Positions 1 through 13,399 of a stretch of DNA of 64,000 bases are shown here, one piece after another. The translations under genes and the position numbers were made by a program. This stretch comes from the human T2T-CHM13v2.0 reference genome, Homo sapiens. Under the pieces are notes generated by a model. The model was given only the letters and a program-made list of their open reading frames with translations, had not been told where the DNA came from and did not search any database. Numbering within the stretch: the stretch's first letter is position 1; each line of letters starts with the position of its first letter. Where the stretch lies: NCBI RefSeq assembly GCF_009914755.1, contig NC_060942.1, one strand, 5' to 3'.

Positions 1-258
1 CCTGGCTGATTGCCTTCAAATTGAGATATCAGCTTTCTTCTGACTTTAGACTTAATCTGAAACATCGGCTTCTTCTGAGTCTCAAGCCTACTGGCCTTTG
101 GACTGGAGCACCACCATCAACTCTCTTGGATCTCAGACATTTGGACTTAGACTGAAACTAAACCATTTGCTCTCCTGGGCCTCCAGCTTGCTGTCTCACT
201 CCCCAGATCTTGGAATTTGCCAACCTTTATAATTATTTCATGAGACTATTCCTTATTT
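1..258 (+). mobile_element. MLT2-family ERVL LTR fragment
   Basis: Resembles the MLT2 3' half (ggactggagcaccaccatcaactctc...ctccagcttgctg...cagatcttgg...ttccttatt). It runs into a TA-rich tract and the usual LTR terminus is not seen. Confidence 0.7.
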
Positions 259-452
259 TATGTGTGTGTGTTTGTATAATGTAATAAAATATATTGTGAA
301 ATATATTAAATTATATATAATTATATAATATTTTTATAATAGTATAATATGCCATATATTATATAATCACATAATATACCTTAATATCATATACATACAC
401 ATGCATATATACAAAAGCAGATGTATGTATATATAATATATAATACATATAT
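259..452. repeat. (TG)/(TA)-rich low-complexity tract
   Basis: Near-pure A/T with TA dinucleotide runs. Confidence 0.85.
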
Positions 453-693
453 GAAAAAGTATTACAAGGTACTTATGTACTATGACCAACAGGGTAAGGC
501 TACCTTTGCACAACATTTTCCTAAACAACTTATTTATGATTATTAAGCAGGAAATTTTATCTACTGAAGGATGCACCAGAGAAAAACGTCCCTTGAACGT
601 TGTTGAAGTGGATCTTATCAGGCACTGTTGGTAACAAATACAATAGTGGAACTCTAAGGAATCAAATCCTAGTTCATGTTTCATAACTAAAGA
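451..693 (+). pseudogene. Decayed ERV1 pol, integrase C-terminal region
   Basis: Frame from 451 reads MKKYYKVLMYYDQQGKATFAQHFPKQLIYDY*AGNFIY*RMHQRKTSLERC*SGSYQALLVTNTIVEL*GIKS*, then a frameshift to VHVS*LK. This matches the gamma-type GPY/F module (PGDxVxxK...LEPRWKGPYxVLLTT...WIHxSxLK), with stops at W/Q positions. Confidence 0.8.
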
Positions 694-874
694 ACAAATT
701 TAGAGCACCACACAACTGGAAGACGATTCCAATTGGGGACTTCAAACTGTCGCTTCACGGAGATCCTCTAGAAGCAGTAGGTCTTTGGAAGCAGACAGTG
801 ATGCAAAACCTTTGGAAGAAGCAGATGGCCTCAGATAGATTCCCAAGACATTGGAACAAGGCCCCTGTCTAATT

Positions 875-2110
875 ATGGTTTTACTTTTTATCCACTTGCT
901 TATAAACATTTTTCTCAAATAGACCTCTGATTGTTTTCCATACACAATAACCCTTTGTTTTTTTCATCTTCATCACTGTAATTGTTAGGTCAGAAGATAC
1001 TCACTCTAATGTCATTTTCAGATTACCCCAATCATTAGTCCTGCCCTCAGTCTTAGCCCATTACCAAACTCCCATGAGAAACCATCCAGTCTCATACAAT
1101 GGAACCACAGCAAACTATAGCAGATGGCATTTCCACTTTCGTGAAATGTACAAATTACCTTTAACCAATCAACTTGTGACTTTCTAGTATCCTTTTGCCC
1201 TCTAAAAAAAAAAAGAACCAATAATCACAATCTAAAGTCCATACCCTGGGTAGTTCTAAACTTGAATTCAACATCCATTTTAGGGTACTACACTAAACAT
1301 TTGCCACCTGGGATAGACTAATAGAGACAGAAATATATAACTTAGCTAATGTAAGGCCTCAGTTTGATCTCCCACATGCCCCTACTGGATACTCTTTTGT
1401 TTGTGGCAAAACATCTGGTGTTTGCCTCATGCTAACATGGGTGCTTTAAGAACAATATTGTGAGATGTGTCTATACAAAGAGACCACACTTCTCTGAACA
1501 CCAAAACTATAAATTCTGACACAAATATGAGTTCTAAAATGAGGTCACCTTGATTATTCAGGCACTCTACCTGGGGAAATTACTGATTCATTTTTTTATG
1601 TGAACTGATTCATTTTTTATGTGAACAAGTAGCGTTTCCAATGGTGGAACTCACACGAGTAGAAAAGACTGCAGAGAAATTATTACATTATTAATGGAAA
1701 CACCTCTGCCCTAGATGGAATATAGCTCAATCTCAACAGCATGAAGAGTGATGCATAACGCATTTGCTCTAGGTTTCTTGTTGGCTAGTCTTGATGACAT
1801 GTGTGCCACGGCTAATATTTCTTACTGTACTTGGATCACTGAAGCAGGTAAGCAGACGAGGCTATGCATTCCCTTAAGGAAAAAGCTACTTGGCTTTCTC
1901 AGGTTCATCCTAATGGTGTTTGGAATTTTTCTGTTGGACAACTGGGGTTCCTGGTTCTAAAGGATCTTACTTGGATTTTTAATGATTCTTGTTTTTGTCA
2001 TAGTGGTCCTAATAATGGCCCACTGAATTGTATTTTGAGTACTAAACGCTTCTTTATCATCCTTTGGTACATGATGATGCAACAACAAAAGGTAAGTAGA
2101 AATCATCATA
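875..2110 (+). pseudogene. Decayed gamma-type retroviral env (ERV1 internal region)
   Basis: APTGYSFVCG SU-like motif at 1378-1407. ORF 1748-1960 (HNAFALGFLLASLDDMCATANISYCTWITEAG) resembles a degenerate ISD plus CX6CC. ORF 1864-2202 gives HSLKEKATWLSQV (HR2-like), followed by hydrophobic sequence. Start coordinate is tentative. Confidence 0.75.
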
Positions 2111-2191
2111 AACTAATTATAGAAATAACTGAACAATCTCTGAGAAGATCTGGCTCTCTAGCCTTCTTCGAATTGATAAATCTCTTCCAAG

Positions 2192-2515
2192 TGAGAAACT
2201 GACCAACGAGAGGATTGACAAACAATATACAAATGGATTTGATCAATGATCATCAGCTTCCTTGTATTTCCCCCCAAATTTCCAACTCAGGACCAAACAG
2301 AAAATGTCGGATTCTTACCAAACAAATCACATAAGCCCCTCTTCTAGTTAACTTTGTCATGTCAAAGCCTTCCAGTCAAAACATACCTAGATCTTTTTGT
2401 TTTGTCACTATGAACCTTTCAAATTTTTCTGCATGCCTTTGAGTCTCTGCCAAATGCAAGTCAGGGTTGTTACAGCAAACTGTCTCTGTTCTCATTTGAG
2501 TGCTCTGTTTTCACA
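2192..2515 (+). mobile_element. ERV1 LTR, MER110/MER90-like (3' LTR of the provirus)
   Basis: TG...CA ends and the blocks cagcttcc...ttccaactcaggacca, aatcacata...cttctagtta and tgcctttgagtctctgccaaa. Lies directly downstream of env. Confidence 0.7.
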
Positions 2516-3342
2516 AGACAAAATATGCAATATTACATACTAAAATAGGACAATGATCGCATTTTGTTTTTCTGTGTTTTCAAATTTTGTATATAAAATA
2601 TATGTATATATTAGTGAGATTATAAAAATATTTTAAATTATAAATATACCTATGCAATATACAATTTCTTAAGTTTTAATTTCAATGAGAAAAAAATGAG
2701 ATCAAGTTTGCCATGTCCTTGCAGCTAGGGTAAGTGAGAAAAGCTTTTCTATGAGCCAGTTTCAATATTAATTTCTGAAATACATTTCAAGTAGAACTAA
2801 GATACTGAACTGCATGGGAATCAAGAGGAGATTAAAGTTACGAAAGAAGATCCAGTCAAAAACAAAATGAGAGAACACAGGAGCAGAGCTTTAGTTCAGA
2901 AAGCAAATGATGTGAAGTTTTTATAGAAAAGCACCTCAAATGCATATCCCTGTCTCCTTTCGGCTATCCAACATTATTCTTGACAAGTTCTCTTATCTAA
3001 TCTGCTTTTCTGAGTAGATTGTTGAAACATGGTTTTAATGGCTACAGTATAAATAAATAAATCAGCCACATTCCAGTAAAAACCCCTGACCCAGTACAAC
3101 TTCCAGACATCTAATCCTGGGGAATCTTTCTTTGAAAGCAAGTAATATATACATATCATTTAGACATATGACATATATTCTGGAATCTCTTAATACGCAT
3201 TTTGTTTATACATGTTTACATATGCTCATATACATACAATGATATGTATGACATTTACTTCTATTGGTACTTTCTAAATGTCTAAATTTACAAGTACTGA
3301 ATATTGTTTATTTCCTGTCAGAGGGCTTTAAAAAAAAAATCT

Positions 3343-3658
<316 letters not shown>

Positions 3659-4782
3659 TTATATAACTTTGAGACAGAGTGAATGATTCATGAAACAATT
3701 TTATTTATCTTTGACTCTGATTAATAAAGTTATGGAAATTATGTAAAAGTATAGTAGCATCTAGAAATCAAGTAGCAATAGAAATAGAGATGAATTATTT
3801 TTAGGTAAAACCTACATATAACATAAGGCAGACTAATTTTTAAAAATCATGCTTATTAAAAGCTACTACTCTCTCAACCACAAAATAAATGAAAAGAATT
3901 AGGAAAATAGATTAGTAATAGTGTAAAAACCTTTGTCAGCTGATAATCTGCCATGTCTAATTTCATTTCTTATTACATGACATTAAATGTCCAGTCTCCA
4001 GTCCGCAGGTGAGAATTGTTCTCTGAGAATAAAATTTCCCTTTTCCACCAACATAGCAATTCTCACTTCCCTGATTGCTAAGTGATAATTAATACTTTTG
4101 GATCCAGATGGACATGTAAAAATATGATTTTCATTACCTTTTTTCAGGTCACAGAAGTATAAATGCTTTAAAAAAAACCCACTGGTATTTATTATTAACT
4201 ATTGTGTAGTATTTTTAAAAAGCAGAAATATTCATCATGATCCTTCACATATAACTGTCTTACCTAATTTTCTAGTTAAAAAGTGCATAAATTAGAAACT
4301 GTCATTAATTGGAATTAAAATAAGTTTCCACATAGGAAAATGAAGGAGAATAATCAAACAATTCAATTATTCTGATTTTCATACAGATAACCACCATGAA
4401 TTCCAGAACTACATTTTTATTATTATTTCAATTGCTTAGTGAGGTGCAGATTGGAGCTTATTCATTTTATTTAATGTAGGCATAAAGTGACCATTCTGTG
4501 ATTTGATAATAGGTCTTAATTCCTGATATATAAATTTAATCATAATAATAAGATATTCTAAACAGCCTCTTTCACATGTAAGATCATTATACAAACGGGA
4601 ACAAGGTAAACAAGGTAATGTGTTTCTCCTCTCACAAGATCAATGGAATATACTATTTTTTAAGTTTCAGACTGATGTTCTAACATCAGTTTAATTTAAC
4701 TCTCTTGGAAAATACTCTCTTGGTAAATGAAGGGATTCCTATTAAAAATGTAACTTGCTAATAAAACCCAGATTCAGATTAC

Positions 4783-4789
4783 GTGTGTG

Positions 4790-4831
<42 letters not shown>

Positions 4832-4862
4832 CACACACACACAAACACACATATACATATAT
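4783..4862. repeat. Compound (TG)(TA)n(CA)n microsatellite
   Basis: Read directly from the sequence. Confidence 0.95.
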
Positions 4863-5132
4863 GCGCAATGGAAATCAGTACTGTTGATGGTAGATTCTCA
4901 CTACCACTTCCAAAACAAGCATTAATAATTTTCCCAGGCAATGTAACCCCATGAGTGTATACAGTAAGACTGGCCCTCATTTTTTAGGGCATTCTCAAAA
5001 ATTACCACCTTCCCAAGAATGTCATTTGACTTAGATATTAGGTTGCTTTTACAGCCCCCCAGTGGCTGGTTCTTCATTTATTTGAATGTAAAGCAATGTT
5101 AATGTTGCCCCAGGGATGCACAGAGTATGGTG

Positions 5133-5302
5133 CAATATTTCTCAAACTTCAATGTGCATACAAATCGCCTGGGGATGTTATTAAAACACAGATGTGGATT
5201 CAGTGGGTCCAGCGTGAGGCATTCAATTACCTATTTTTAAATAAACTCCTAGGAGATCTCCATGCTGCTGGTCAGTTCTTGAATCACCCTTTCAGTAGCA
5301 AA
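5133..5302 (+). mobile_element. MER5A/MER5A1 hAT-Charlie MITE
   Basis: ttctcaaactt...aatcgcctgggga...ttaaaacacagat...gattcagtggg...tgctgctggtc...agtagcaa. Confidence 0.75.
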
Positions 5303-6145
5303 ATAGGCAAACGCATACCAAAGCAATGCTTCATTTTCACCACCAGTTTATTGCCTATTAATGTGACTCTATATCAGTGTTTTCTTACCATTACCGAAAA
5401 CCTTTTGACAGTCACAGGGATGCTTGTGCTGAGATGTTGCAGTTGCCTTTTCATGCCACAGTGAGTCAGTTCTTCCTGCTTTCCTTCCTCCTCCATGGAC
5501 ATCGAGAAATTTGTCAAGAATGCAACGTTTTGCTCTCCTCCCTTGCTCTCCTTCACACCCTCTACATAGTTTCTTTTGCCAACTGCCTTCTCTTGTTCCT
5601 TCTCCTATTCCTTCTATTTCCTGTATTTTCTTTCTCTCATTCATCCTCTGCCTTTCAGTTTTTGCATCCCTGTGGTCATTTGTTTTATCATTTTCTTTCT
5701 TGCTTTTCTCTTTTTTTCTTCCTTCCCACTTACAAACAACTATCTCTCCCAGGAAGTGACTGGACTCAAAATATGGTGCAGTAGTAGTTTGTATACGGAT
5801 ACATGGAGTTTTTGAAACACACACCTTTGCACACACACTCTCACATACTCACGTGCGCACACACACACACAGAGTTCATGTCTCAATTGTGACTGTAACC
5901 CTACTTGAGAAGATTGTATAACATACAAAAAAGATAACTATAATTTAATCCAGCCAACTGAGAGAAATACTGAGGGAGTAATTTTATTCTGGATTGGCTT
6001 TCAATTCTTTTTTGTATTAAGATGTACGTGTTGTCCTTCACTTCTAGGTACTGCAGGATTATTTTAATCTAGCCTATTTCCTTTTTGTTCTTCTTTTTCA
6101 GAATAAAAACAGTCAATTGCCAGGCGTCTTAAAAATTATTCCCTG

Positions 6146-6515
6146 TGTATTAGTTCCTTCTCACACTGCTATAAGAACTGCCCGTGACTGGGCAATTTTT
6201 AAAAGAAAGAGGTTTAATTGACTCACAGTTATGCATGGCTGGGGAAGCCTCAAAAAACAATCATGCCAGAAGGCGAAGGGGAAGCAAAGCACCTTCTTCA
6301 CAAAATGGCAGAACAAGTGCTGAGTGAAGCGGAAAGGGCTCCTTATAAAACCATCAAATCTCGTGAGAACTCACTCACTATCATGAGAACAGCATGGGGG
6401 AAACCACCCCCATGATTCAATTACCTCCACCTGATTTCTCCCTTGACACATGGGCATTATAGGGATTACAATTCAAGATGAGATTTGGGTGGGGACACAA
6501 AGCCTAACCATAACA
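6146..6515 (-). mobile_element. THE1D-like MaLR solo LTR
   Basis: tgtattag...gagatttgggtggggacacaaagcctaaccataaca. 5-bp TSD ccctg/ccgtg. Confidence 0.9.
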
Positions 6516-7039
6516 CCGTGTTTAAACAATGTGAAGTTATACAAAACAACTGTCTGCTTTGCTTAAGTCCTGGGTCTAAGAGTACTGCCTAATATTTTCA
6601 CTATGCTCCTTCTCATAACTTCTCTGGGGTCCCATTTCCACTTACTTTTTTGTTAGTTTACATTTTTCCTTCTTTGCGCCTTCTCTTCCATCTACATGTT
6701 TCATTTGAAGGAAAGACTAGAATCTATTCATACAAAAGCAGATTTAAATCGCGATCTGAAAGATGTTTTTGCAATGATAGCATGAGCTGCATACTTCTGG
6801 TGCCAACAGATTGCAATGAAGGCAACAGAATGACTGATCACATGCAATCTGCACCCTATTCGTGTTCATAGACAGCACTGTTCTTGTTCTGTTTCCAATT
6901 GTCTCTTTACCAAGGGCAGCATTCCTGGAAGCTCTGTGTCTTAATTACTGAAGATGGTTCAAGTGACCAGTTCTTACATTAATTTTTATATGTAAATACT
7001 GAACTCAGTTTTAAGTGTACAATTTGTGCTTTCATATTC

Positions 7040-8140
7040 TTTTTATTTTTAGGTTTAAATTTATGTTTATTTTTTTGAACTTTTAGGTTCAGGGGTACAT
7101 GGGCAGGTTTGCTATATGGTAAATTTGTGACACAGGGGTTTGAGGTACACATTATTTCATCATGCAGGTACTAAGTCTAGTATCTAATAGTTATATTTTT
7201 CTGCTTTTCTTCCTCCTCCCATCCTCTACACTCTGGCAGGCCCCAGAATCTGTTGTTCTCCTCTTTGTGTCCATGTGTTTTCATCATTTAGCTCCCACTT
7301 ATTCAGAACATGTGTTTTTTGGTTTTCTGTTCCTGCATTAGTGCCCTAAGGATAATGGCCCCTTAGTATCCTGAGGATAATGGCCAGCTGCATCCATGTT
7401 CTTGGAAAGGACATGATGTCATTCCTTTTTGTGGCTGTGTAGTATTCTGTGGTGTATAAATACTACTTTTTTTTTTTTTTCTGAGACGCAGTCTCACTCT
7501 GTTGTCCAGGCTGGAGGGCAGTGGCGCAATCTCGGCTCAGTGCAACCTCCTCCTCCCAGGTTCAAGTGATTCTTTTGCCTCAGCCTCCCAAGTAGCTGAG
7601 ATTACAGGTTTGCGCCACCTTGCCCAGCTAATTTTTGTATTTTTAGTAGAGATGGGATTTCACCACATTGGCCAGGCTGGTATTGAACTCCTGATCTTAT
7701 GATCCTCTCACCTCGGCCTCCCAAAGTGCTAGGATTACAGGCGTGAGCCACCGCATGTGGCCATTTTCTTTATCCAGTCCACCATTGGGCATTAAAGTTG
7801 ATTCCATGTTTTTGCTATTGTAAATTGTGCTGCAATGAATATGCATGTGCAAGTATCTTTATAATAGAATGATTTATATTCCTTTGGGTAGAGACCCAAT
7901 AATGGGATTGCTGGGTCGAATGGTATTTCTGTCTTTAGGTCTTTGAGGAAACACTACGCTGGCGAAACTAATTTACACTCCCACCAACAGTGTATAAGCA
8001 TTTCTTTCTTTTTCTCTGAAACATTGTCAGCATCTGTTTGTTTGTTTGTTTGTTTTTAGTATTTTAAATAGTAGTTATTCTAACTGGTATGAGATGGTAT
8101 CTCATAGTAGTTTTTATTTACATTTCTGTAATGATCAGTT
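7040..8140 (-). mobile_element. 5'-truncated older L1PA (about PA13-16) 3' end, interrupted by an Alu
   Basis: ttttaggttcaggggtacat..., tttagctcccactta, tttacactcccaccaacagtgtataag, gagatggtatctca. Confidence 0.85.
7467..7762 (-). mobile_element. AluS (Sg-like) inside the L1
   Basis: Poly-T followed by a full reverse-complement Alu ending tggcc. Confidence 0.95.
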
Positions 8141-9069
8141 ATATTTTAAATTTGGTTTATATTCATTTGCTTTAATATCAGAAAGTTAATCAGAATAAAT
8201 CATTCTGAGTGTAACTTCATAACAAGAATACAATAACTGATCATTCTCAACTGGTAAATAGGTACTTACATAAAAATAATTTTATTGAATAAAATCATCT
8301 AATAAACATTCATCTAAATCACTTATAGTTAATAGAAAGTAGAGTATCGGATAACTCAATAACATAAATTTTTGAACTGATCATTCGTGTGACATTAAGT
8401 AAATAATCAAACGTTTCAAGGCTACCCAAGGAAAGTAGTAGCTGTTCTATTTTGCTTCTTAGCCACTGAACCCGATGAAGCACCTTTGCTTTTTAAAGTA
8501 TATTGGACCTTGGTATAAATTAAGCCTCTAAGTTTCAAGGAACAAGTCTGTTCTTTTTAGTTTTCGTCAATGAAGTGCATTTCCTCACATCCCAGGTTAG
8601 TGAAGGTCATGAAATAAAATATAGACTTTACATTTTTATTTTGTTAAATGATGTTGAAGGGGGCTTTTTTTTTTTTAATAACTGGAGAGTCAGTACTAAG
8701 ACTACAGATAAAAACAAAAGGTTTCTTTAGATTTCTTTTTTCATTTTTAAACTTGTTGGATTTCTGGAAAGTTCATTTATATAAAACTGAGAAATAATCA
8801 TGTTTAGCCATAAAATGAAGTTAGGTTATCAGCCCATATACTTATTAATATGATTTTAACTAAACGGAATGCCTGCAGGTCTATTGAATGATATGTGTAA
8901 CACACTACAGTGCATTATTTGCTCTGTGGAACAGACCTGGTATCGCTGTCTATTAATTTGCTATCGTCAGGAGTATTTCCCAAATATGACAAAAATAAAA
9001 AATACACCCACCAAATCTAAAATTCCTCGGGATTCAGTTCATATCACATAAAAAATGGCTGAAGTAAAT

Positions 9070-10310
9070 GATTATTTCCTTCTCAAAACATTTTCATTTC
9101 TTGGCATCGTAAACACCAAAGTTCTGCAATTCTCACCCTGCCTCACTGGATGCCATTTCTAGGCTTCTCTGCTGGTTCGCGTTCCAAATCTTTCAATGTT
9201 GAAATGCACCGGGCTCAGTCGTAGCACGTTCCTCTTTATTTAAAGATATTCACATACTGCTGTTTTCCTAATGTGTTTCCCCAACTTCTCCTCCTCCTTC
9301 TCTGGGCTCTGGATTCATTGCATGATCCATTGCATATTTAACATCTCAGTTTAATGTGTATAGGCATCTTCAGCTAACATATGCTCTCAGATTTCTAAAC
9401 AAATTTTATTCCCCAACCTGCACATCCCACGGTCTTCCTCATACTGGCAAATATTATTATTCATCTAGTTCCTTAGTCCAAAAATTCTCGAAGACATTTT
9501 TCTTTAGCTGTCACACTCAGCATTCAATATACGAGCAATTCCTGCCAAATTTATCTTCAAAGTGTATTGAAATTTCACTCTATTTTCCTTTGAGTGGAAA
9601 CATCTCTGTTTTAAAGTACAATGGGTGATTTTCTTGTTTACTGAAATAGCTTCCTATGTGAGTTATATGCTACCAGTTTGCTTCTGAAGATTAAAGTGGT
9701 CATACAAAAACACAAATAACATTTTAATCACACAAAGCATGCCCATTTACTCCTTTACTCAAAAATTTCCAAAGGCTTCTATTCACTTTCAAAATATTTA
9801 AATTACCTAACCATAGCCAATAAATCCCACATCATTTAGCTGGTACCTATCACTCGGGCATCATTGCTACTTCACTTATTTAACTCTGTCCATGAAAACC
9901 AGGTTGGTACTTCTTGAAATATGGTAAAATATCTTCTGCCTCAGGATATTTGCAATTGATATGTTCTGATTCAAGGACACTGTTTCAATAGGTTGTAGTT
10001 CAGGTAGATAACTCTTGTCTTCATTTCCGTATTATCTGTTTGAGGAGCTTTTTTCTTACCACCTTCTGTAAAATACTTTGTCCTTTCAATCTGTAGTGCT
10101 TTATCTTGCTTGATGGACAAACTTCTCACTACCTAATAGTAGAGCATACCTTTATTTGAATGTGTCTAGTATCCATATTCTCCACCAATATGTAAACTAA
10201 GTGATAAGGCTCTATATATCCTACTCACCATTTTCCTTCACGTTTCCAGATTATTTTCTTATACTTAATGGTTCACGCACAATAATACAATTTCTGTACA
10301 AATAAATGCA
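9070..10310 (+). mobile_element. L2 remnant
   Basis: Diverged L2 blocks (cctcactgg, gggctcagtc, taggcatct, tgcctcagg...tttgca) and an L2-like 3' terminus near 10300. Confidence 0.65.
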
Positions 10311-10572
10311 CATACGCAAAATGGCAGTTTGTAAAACTACAATTTGTAAATAATAAGTAAATGTAGAAAGGAGACAGAAAACATCAGGAGAAATGTTGCT
10401 AAAATGATTATTTCAAATCTAAAATTGAGAATAAAATTTAATTGTCCAGCAAAATATTTTGACACTCCTACCCCAGTTATTCTTCATCATTCTTCTCTGT
10501 TTCAGTAAAACAAGGAAGAAGCAAAATGTGGATTTTTTTTTTAATTTCAGCACATGCATATCCAACCAATTA

Positions 10573-11103
10573 TAGTGTACACACATTACAGTGGCCCCCC
10601 ATAAGTCACTCCTTTGTATCTCCAACCACTAGAATATGGTAAAGATGATGTGATAGTAATTGTCATAATTAGACTGACTTTTGTCACAAAAGTGATAGGT
10701 GATCGCTTGCTTGATTAGATTGTTATACCAAAAAGCTAATGGTATGTAACTACCATGATTATCATACTTGAGAGGGCTATATGGCAAGGAAGTGCAGGTA
10801 TCCTGCAGGACCTGTAAACAGTACCCAGTCTGGATTAAAGCAAGAAAGAGATTCTCAATTCTGCAACTGCAAGGAACTGAATTTTTCCATCAACCCTCTG
10901 AGCTTGGAAGAGAGCCTGCCTCTGCAGAAAGCACTCAGGCTGGCCTGCAGCTGGATTCCAGCTGTGTAAGACTTTGAACACAGCACTCAGCTAAGAAGTC
11001 ATGCCCTGATTTCTGACCCACAGAACCTCTGAAATAGTTATGTGTCATGTCAAGTCAATACATGAGTGATAAATTATTATATGGCAATATAAAGCTTATG
11101 TAC
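10573..11103 (+). mobile_element. MLT1E/F-like MaLR LTR
   Basis: tggcaagga, caactgcaaggaactgaatt, tgagcttggaagag, ttctgacccacagaa. Confidence 0.75.
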
Positions 11104-11147
11104 TTATTTTGAAATTGGTCTTGTAAATCTTTTAAAAGCTAGAAAAT

Positions 11148-11467
11148 GGCCAGGAGCAGTGGCTCATGCCTGTAATCCTGGCATTTTGGGAGGCCGAGGC
11201 GGGTGGATCACAAGGTCAGGAGTTCAAGACCAGCCTGATCAACATGGTGAAACCTCGTATCTGCTAAAAAAAAAAAAAAAAAAAAAATCCAAAATATTAG
11301 CCAGGCATGGTGGCAGGCGCCTGTAATCCCAAATCCCAACTACTCAGGAGGCTGAGGCAGAGAATTGATGAATCCGAGAGGCGGAGGTTGCAGTGAGCCA
11401 AGATCACGCCACTGCACTTCAGCCTGGGCAACAGAGCGAAACACGATCTTAAAAAAATAAAAAAAAA
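11148..11467 (+). mobile_element. AluS (Sg-like) with expanded central A tract
   Basis: Full dimer with gatcacaaggtcagg. About 22 A in the linker. Confidence 0.95.
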
Positions 11468-12949
11468 TGGAGAAAACACAGAAAAACACAGAACAAGATT
11501 TCATACTCAAATAATGAAATCTTGATTATAAAATTATTGGTCAGAAATGTCAAGGCCTCTTACAGATTCACTTGAGAAGCAGCACAAGCAGAAGAAATAG
11601 TATTGTTCTTGTCTTTGTTAGATTAAAAAGTTAGATCATAGTGTAGCTAGACACATTTGTGCAAAGTCATAGTAACTTTATATTTGAATTAGTTTGCATT
11701 CATCTGTGATTGTATGTATGTTTCTTTGTGATCAGATTGGGTTAAGGGATGTGTAAGGTGTTCTTTTGTCGAAAATAATGTACTTGTTATTTCTTTTGAA
11801 AGAATGAAAATAAAATCTGACTGAATATTTCAAACAGCCATACTGCACTTTTAGAAATCTAAATTGCTCTTCTGCTTCAGGCAATGACAACCAAGTGAAA
11901 CTCTGGAGTTTAGAGAATGTTTTAGAAAGGAGTTTTGCATTCTATCCTTTTTATTACATTGATCTTGAAAACTATCAATGATAATAATGCAGTTGTGATA
12001 ATATTTGTATCCATGCAGTATCCATGCATAGTAACAGGAATGACTCTGCTGCAAAAGGTTTCTGCCATTGTGTGAACTTTAGGTTTCTCAAAACCTTTCC
12101 TTAGAAATGCTTTGTTAGTCATACCTACATCTTGTGATCTTTTAGTATTAAACATATAATAATATATATGCTATTCTGTCTATATGCCAGAAATATTGTT
12201 AGGTGCCTGCCATACTTACAAAGAAACTATGAGAAGCTTTTTAAATTAAAAATACGTATGGAAATAAGATATGAACACTGCAATAATTTTCAAAACTCAG
12301 GCTAAGGATAATTATTGCAAATGAAAATATGTAACTTGAACTCCATGGCAGTCAAGGTAATAAAATGAAAATAATGAGTTGCATAGCTCTAATTTTTAAT
12401 AAAAGGAAGCATATCATTTATATTATCAGTTATAAAGCTCGTAGTTTTAGAAAAACAAAATGCATTTAAATCAGAACTTTTAAAAGTAAAACTGGCCTTT
12501 GCATTTTTATAATTAATTATATCTTTTTTTATTTCTGAAACTATATAACAAATGGGACACTTTGGAAAATATCCACTTGAATATATTTTTTCAGTCAACT
12601 ATTTTAATAACACTTTTGAGGTTTCTTCTACGTACAAGTGTGAGTCTACTGATATTTTTGAAAATTAGCATTGCTCTGGGTGGAGTCATGTATCTTATAA
12701 TGAAGGAGATTGAACTCATGAGCAATAGAAAACACTATAATTTTAGAAGAAATAAAGGTGCCTTAGGAAAAAAAATGTTAAGATATGTGATGAAGAGTGG
12801 CTAGAGGTGGGTGAGTCAAGAGTTTTGTAAAAATTGGTGGACAGAATATTCAAATTGGAGGAAATATTAGCTGTGAATGCCCTACTAAAGAAAAATAATG
12901 TAGATTGTTTAAGAAAACTGCAAGGTATAGTTGGAAGAGATAAGGCAAG

Positions 12950-13390
12950 TGGGAGAGTAGTAGGATATGAAGATTTAGAGATAGAGTCTAGAACACATGA
13001 ACGAACCTCAGGGAGCACTGGAAGGGATATAAAAAGCACGTAAAACTATCTGCTATGTGTATTATGAAGATCACTTTTTCTGCTCTTTCCTGAGTAGGAT
13101 GGCATAAGGAAGCAGGAATACCAACCGGGAGATTATTGTTCTTGTCTATATGACAGATACCAGGTTAGTGGTGGCAGAAGACTTGAGATGTTGCCAGATT
13201 TGAGATGTTGTTTTAAAAGGTTAAGCAGTACTTGGTGATTGGTTGTAAAGCGTATGAATACAGAAACGATAAAGTCCTGAGGTTTTCATCTGATCAAGTA
13301 GGTGAATTACATTGCTATTAAATAAATTGGAAAGATGATGAGAACAAGAAGAGTTATATATCTCAATGATTTTGAAGTATCTGCAGATCG
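12950..13390 (-). mobile_element. L2 remnant
   Basis: aagatcact..., ggaagcagg...ggagattattg, gtggtggcag...acttggtgattgg. Confidence 0.55.
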
Positions 13391-13399
13391 AGGTGGTTG

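Noticed and set aside
562-672. Three W-to-stop changes in pol suggesting APOBEC3 hypermutation
   Set aside because: Q-to-stop (C to T) changes are also present and the element is very old, so neutral transitions explain the pattern.
5369-5836. 155-aa charged ORF and overlapping F/L/S-rich ORFs
   Set aside because: They arise from a pyrimidine-rich low-complexity strand and have no domain or splice support.
7338-7385. Short tandem duplications (also 4600-4618, 4699-4728, 21012-21037)
   Set aside because: Ordinary slippage duplications with two copies and no spacers; not CRISPR-like or otherwise organised.
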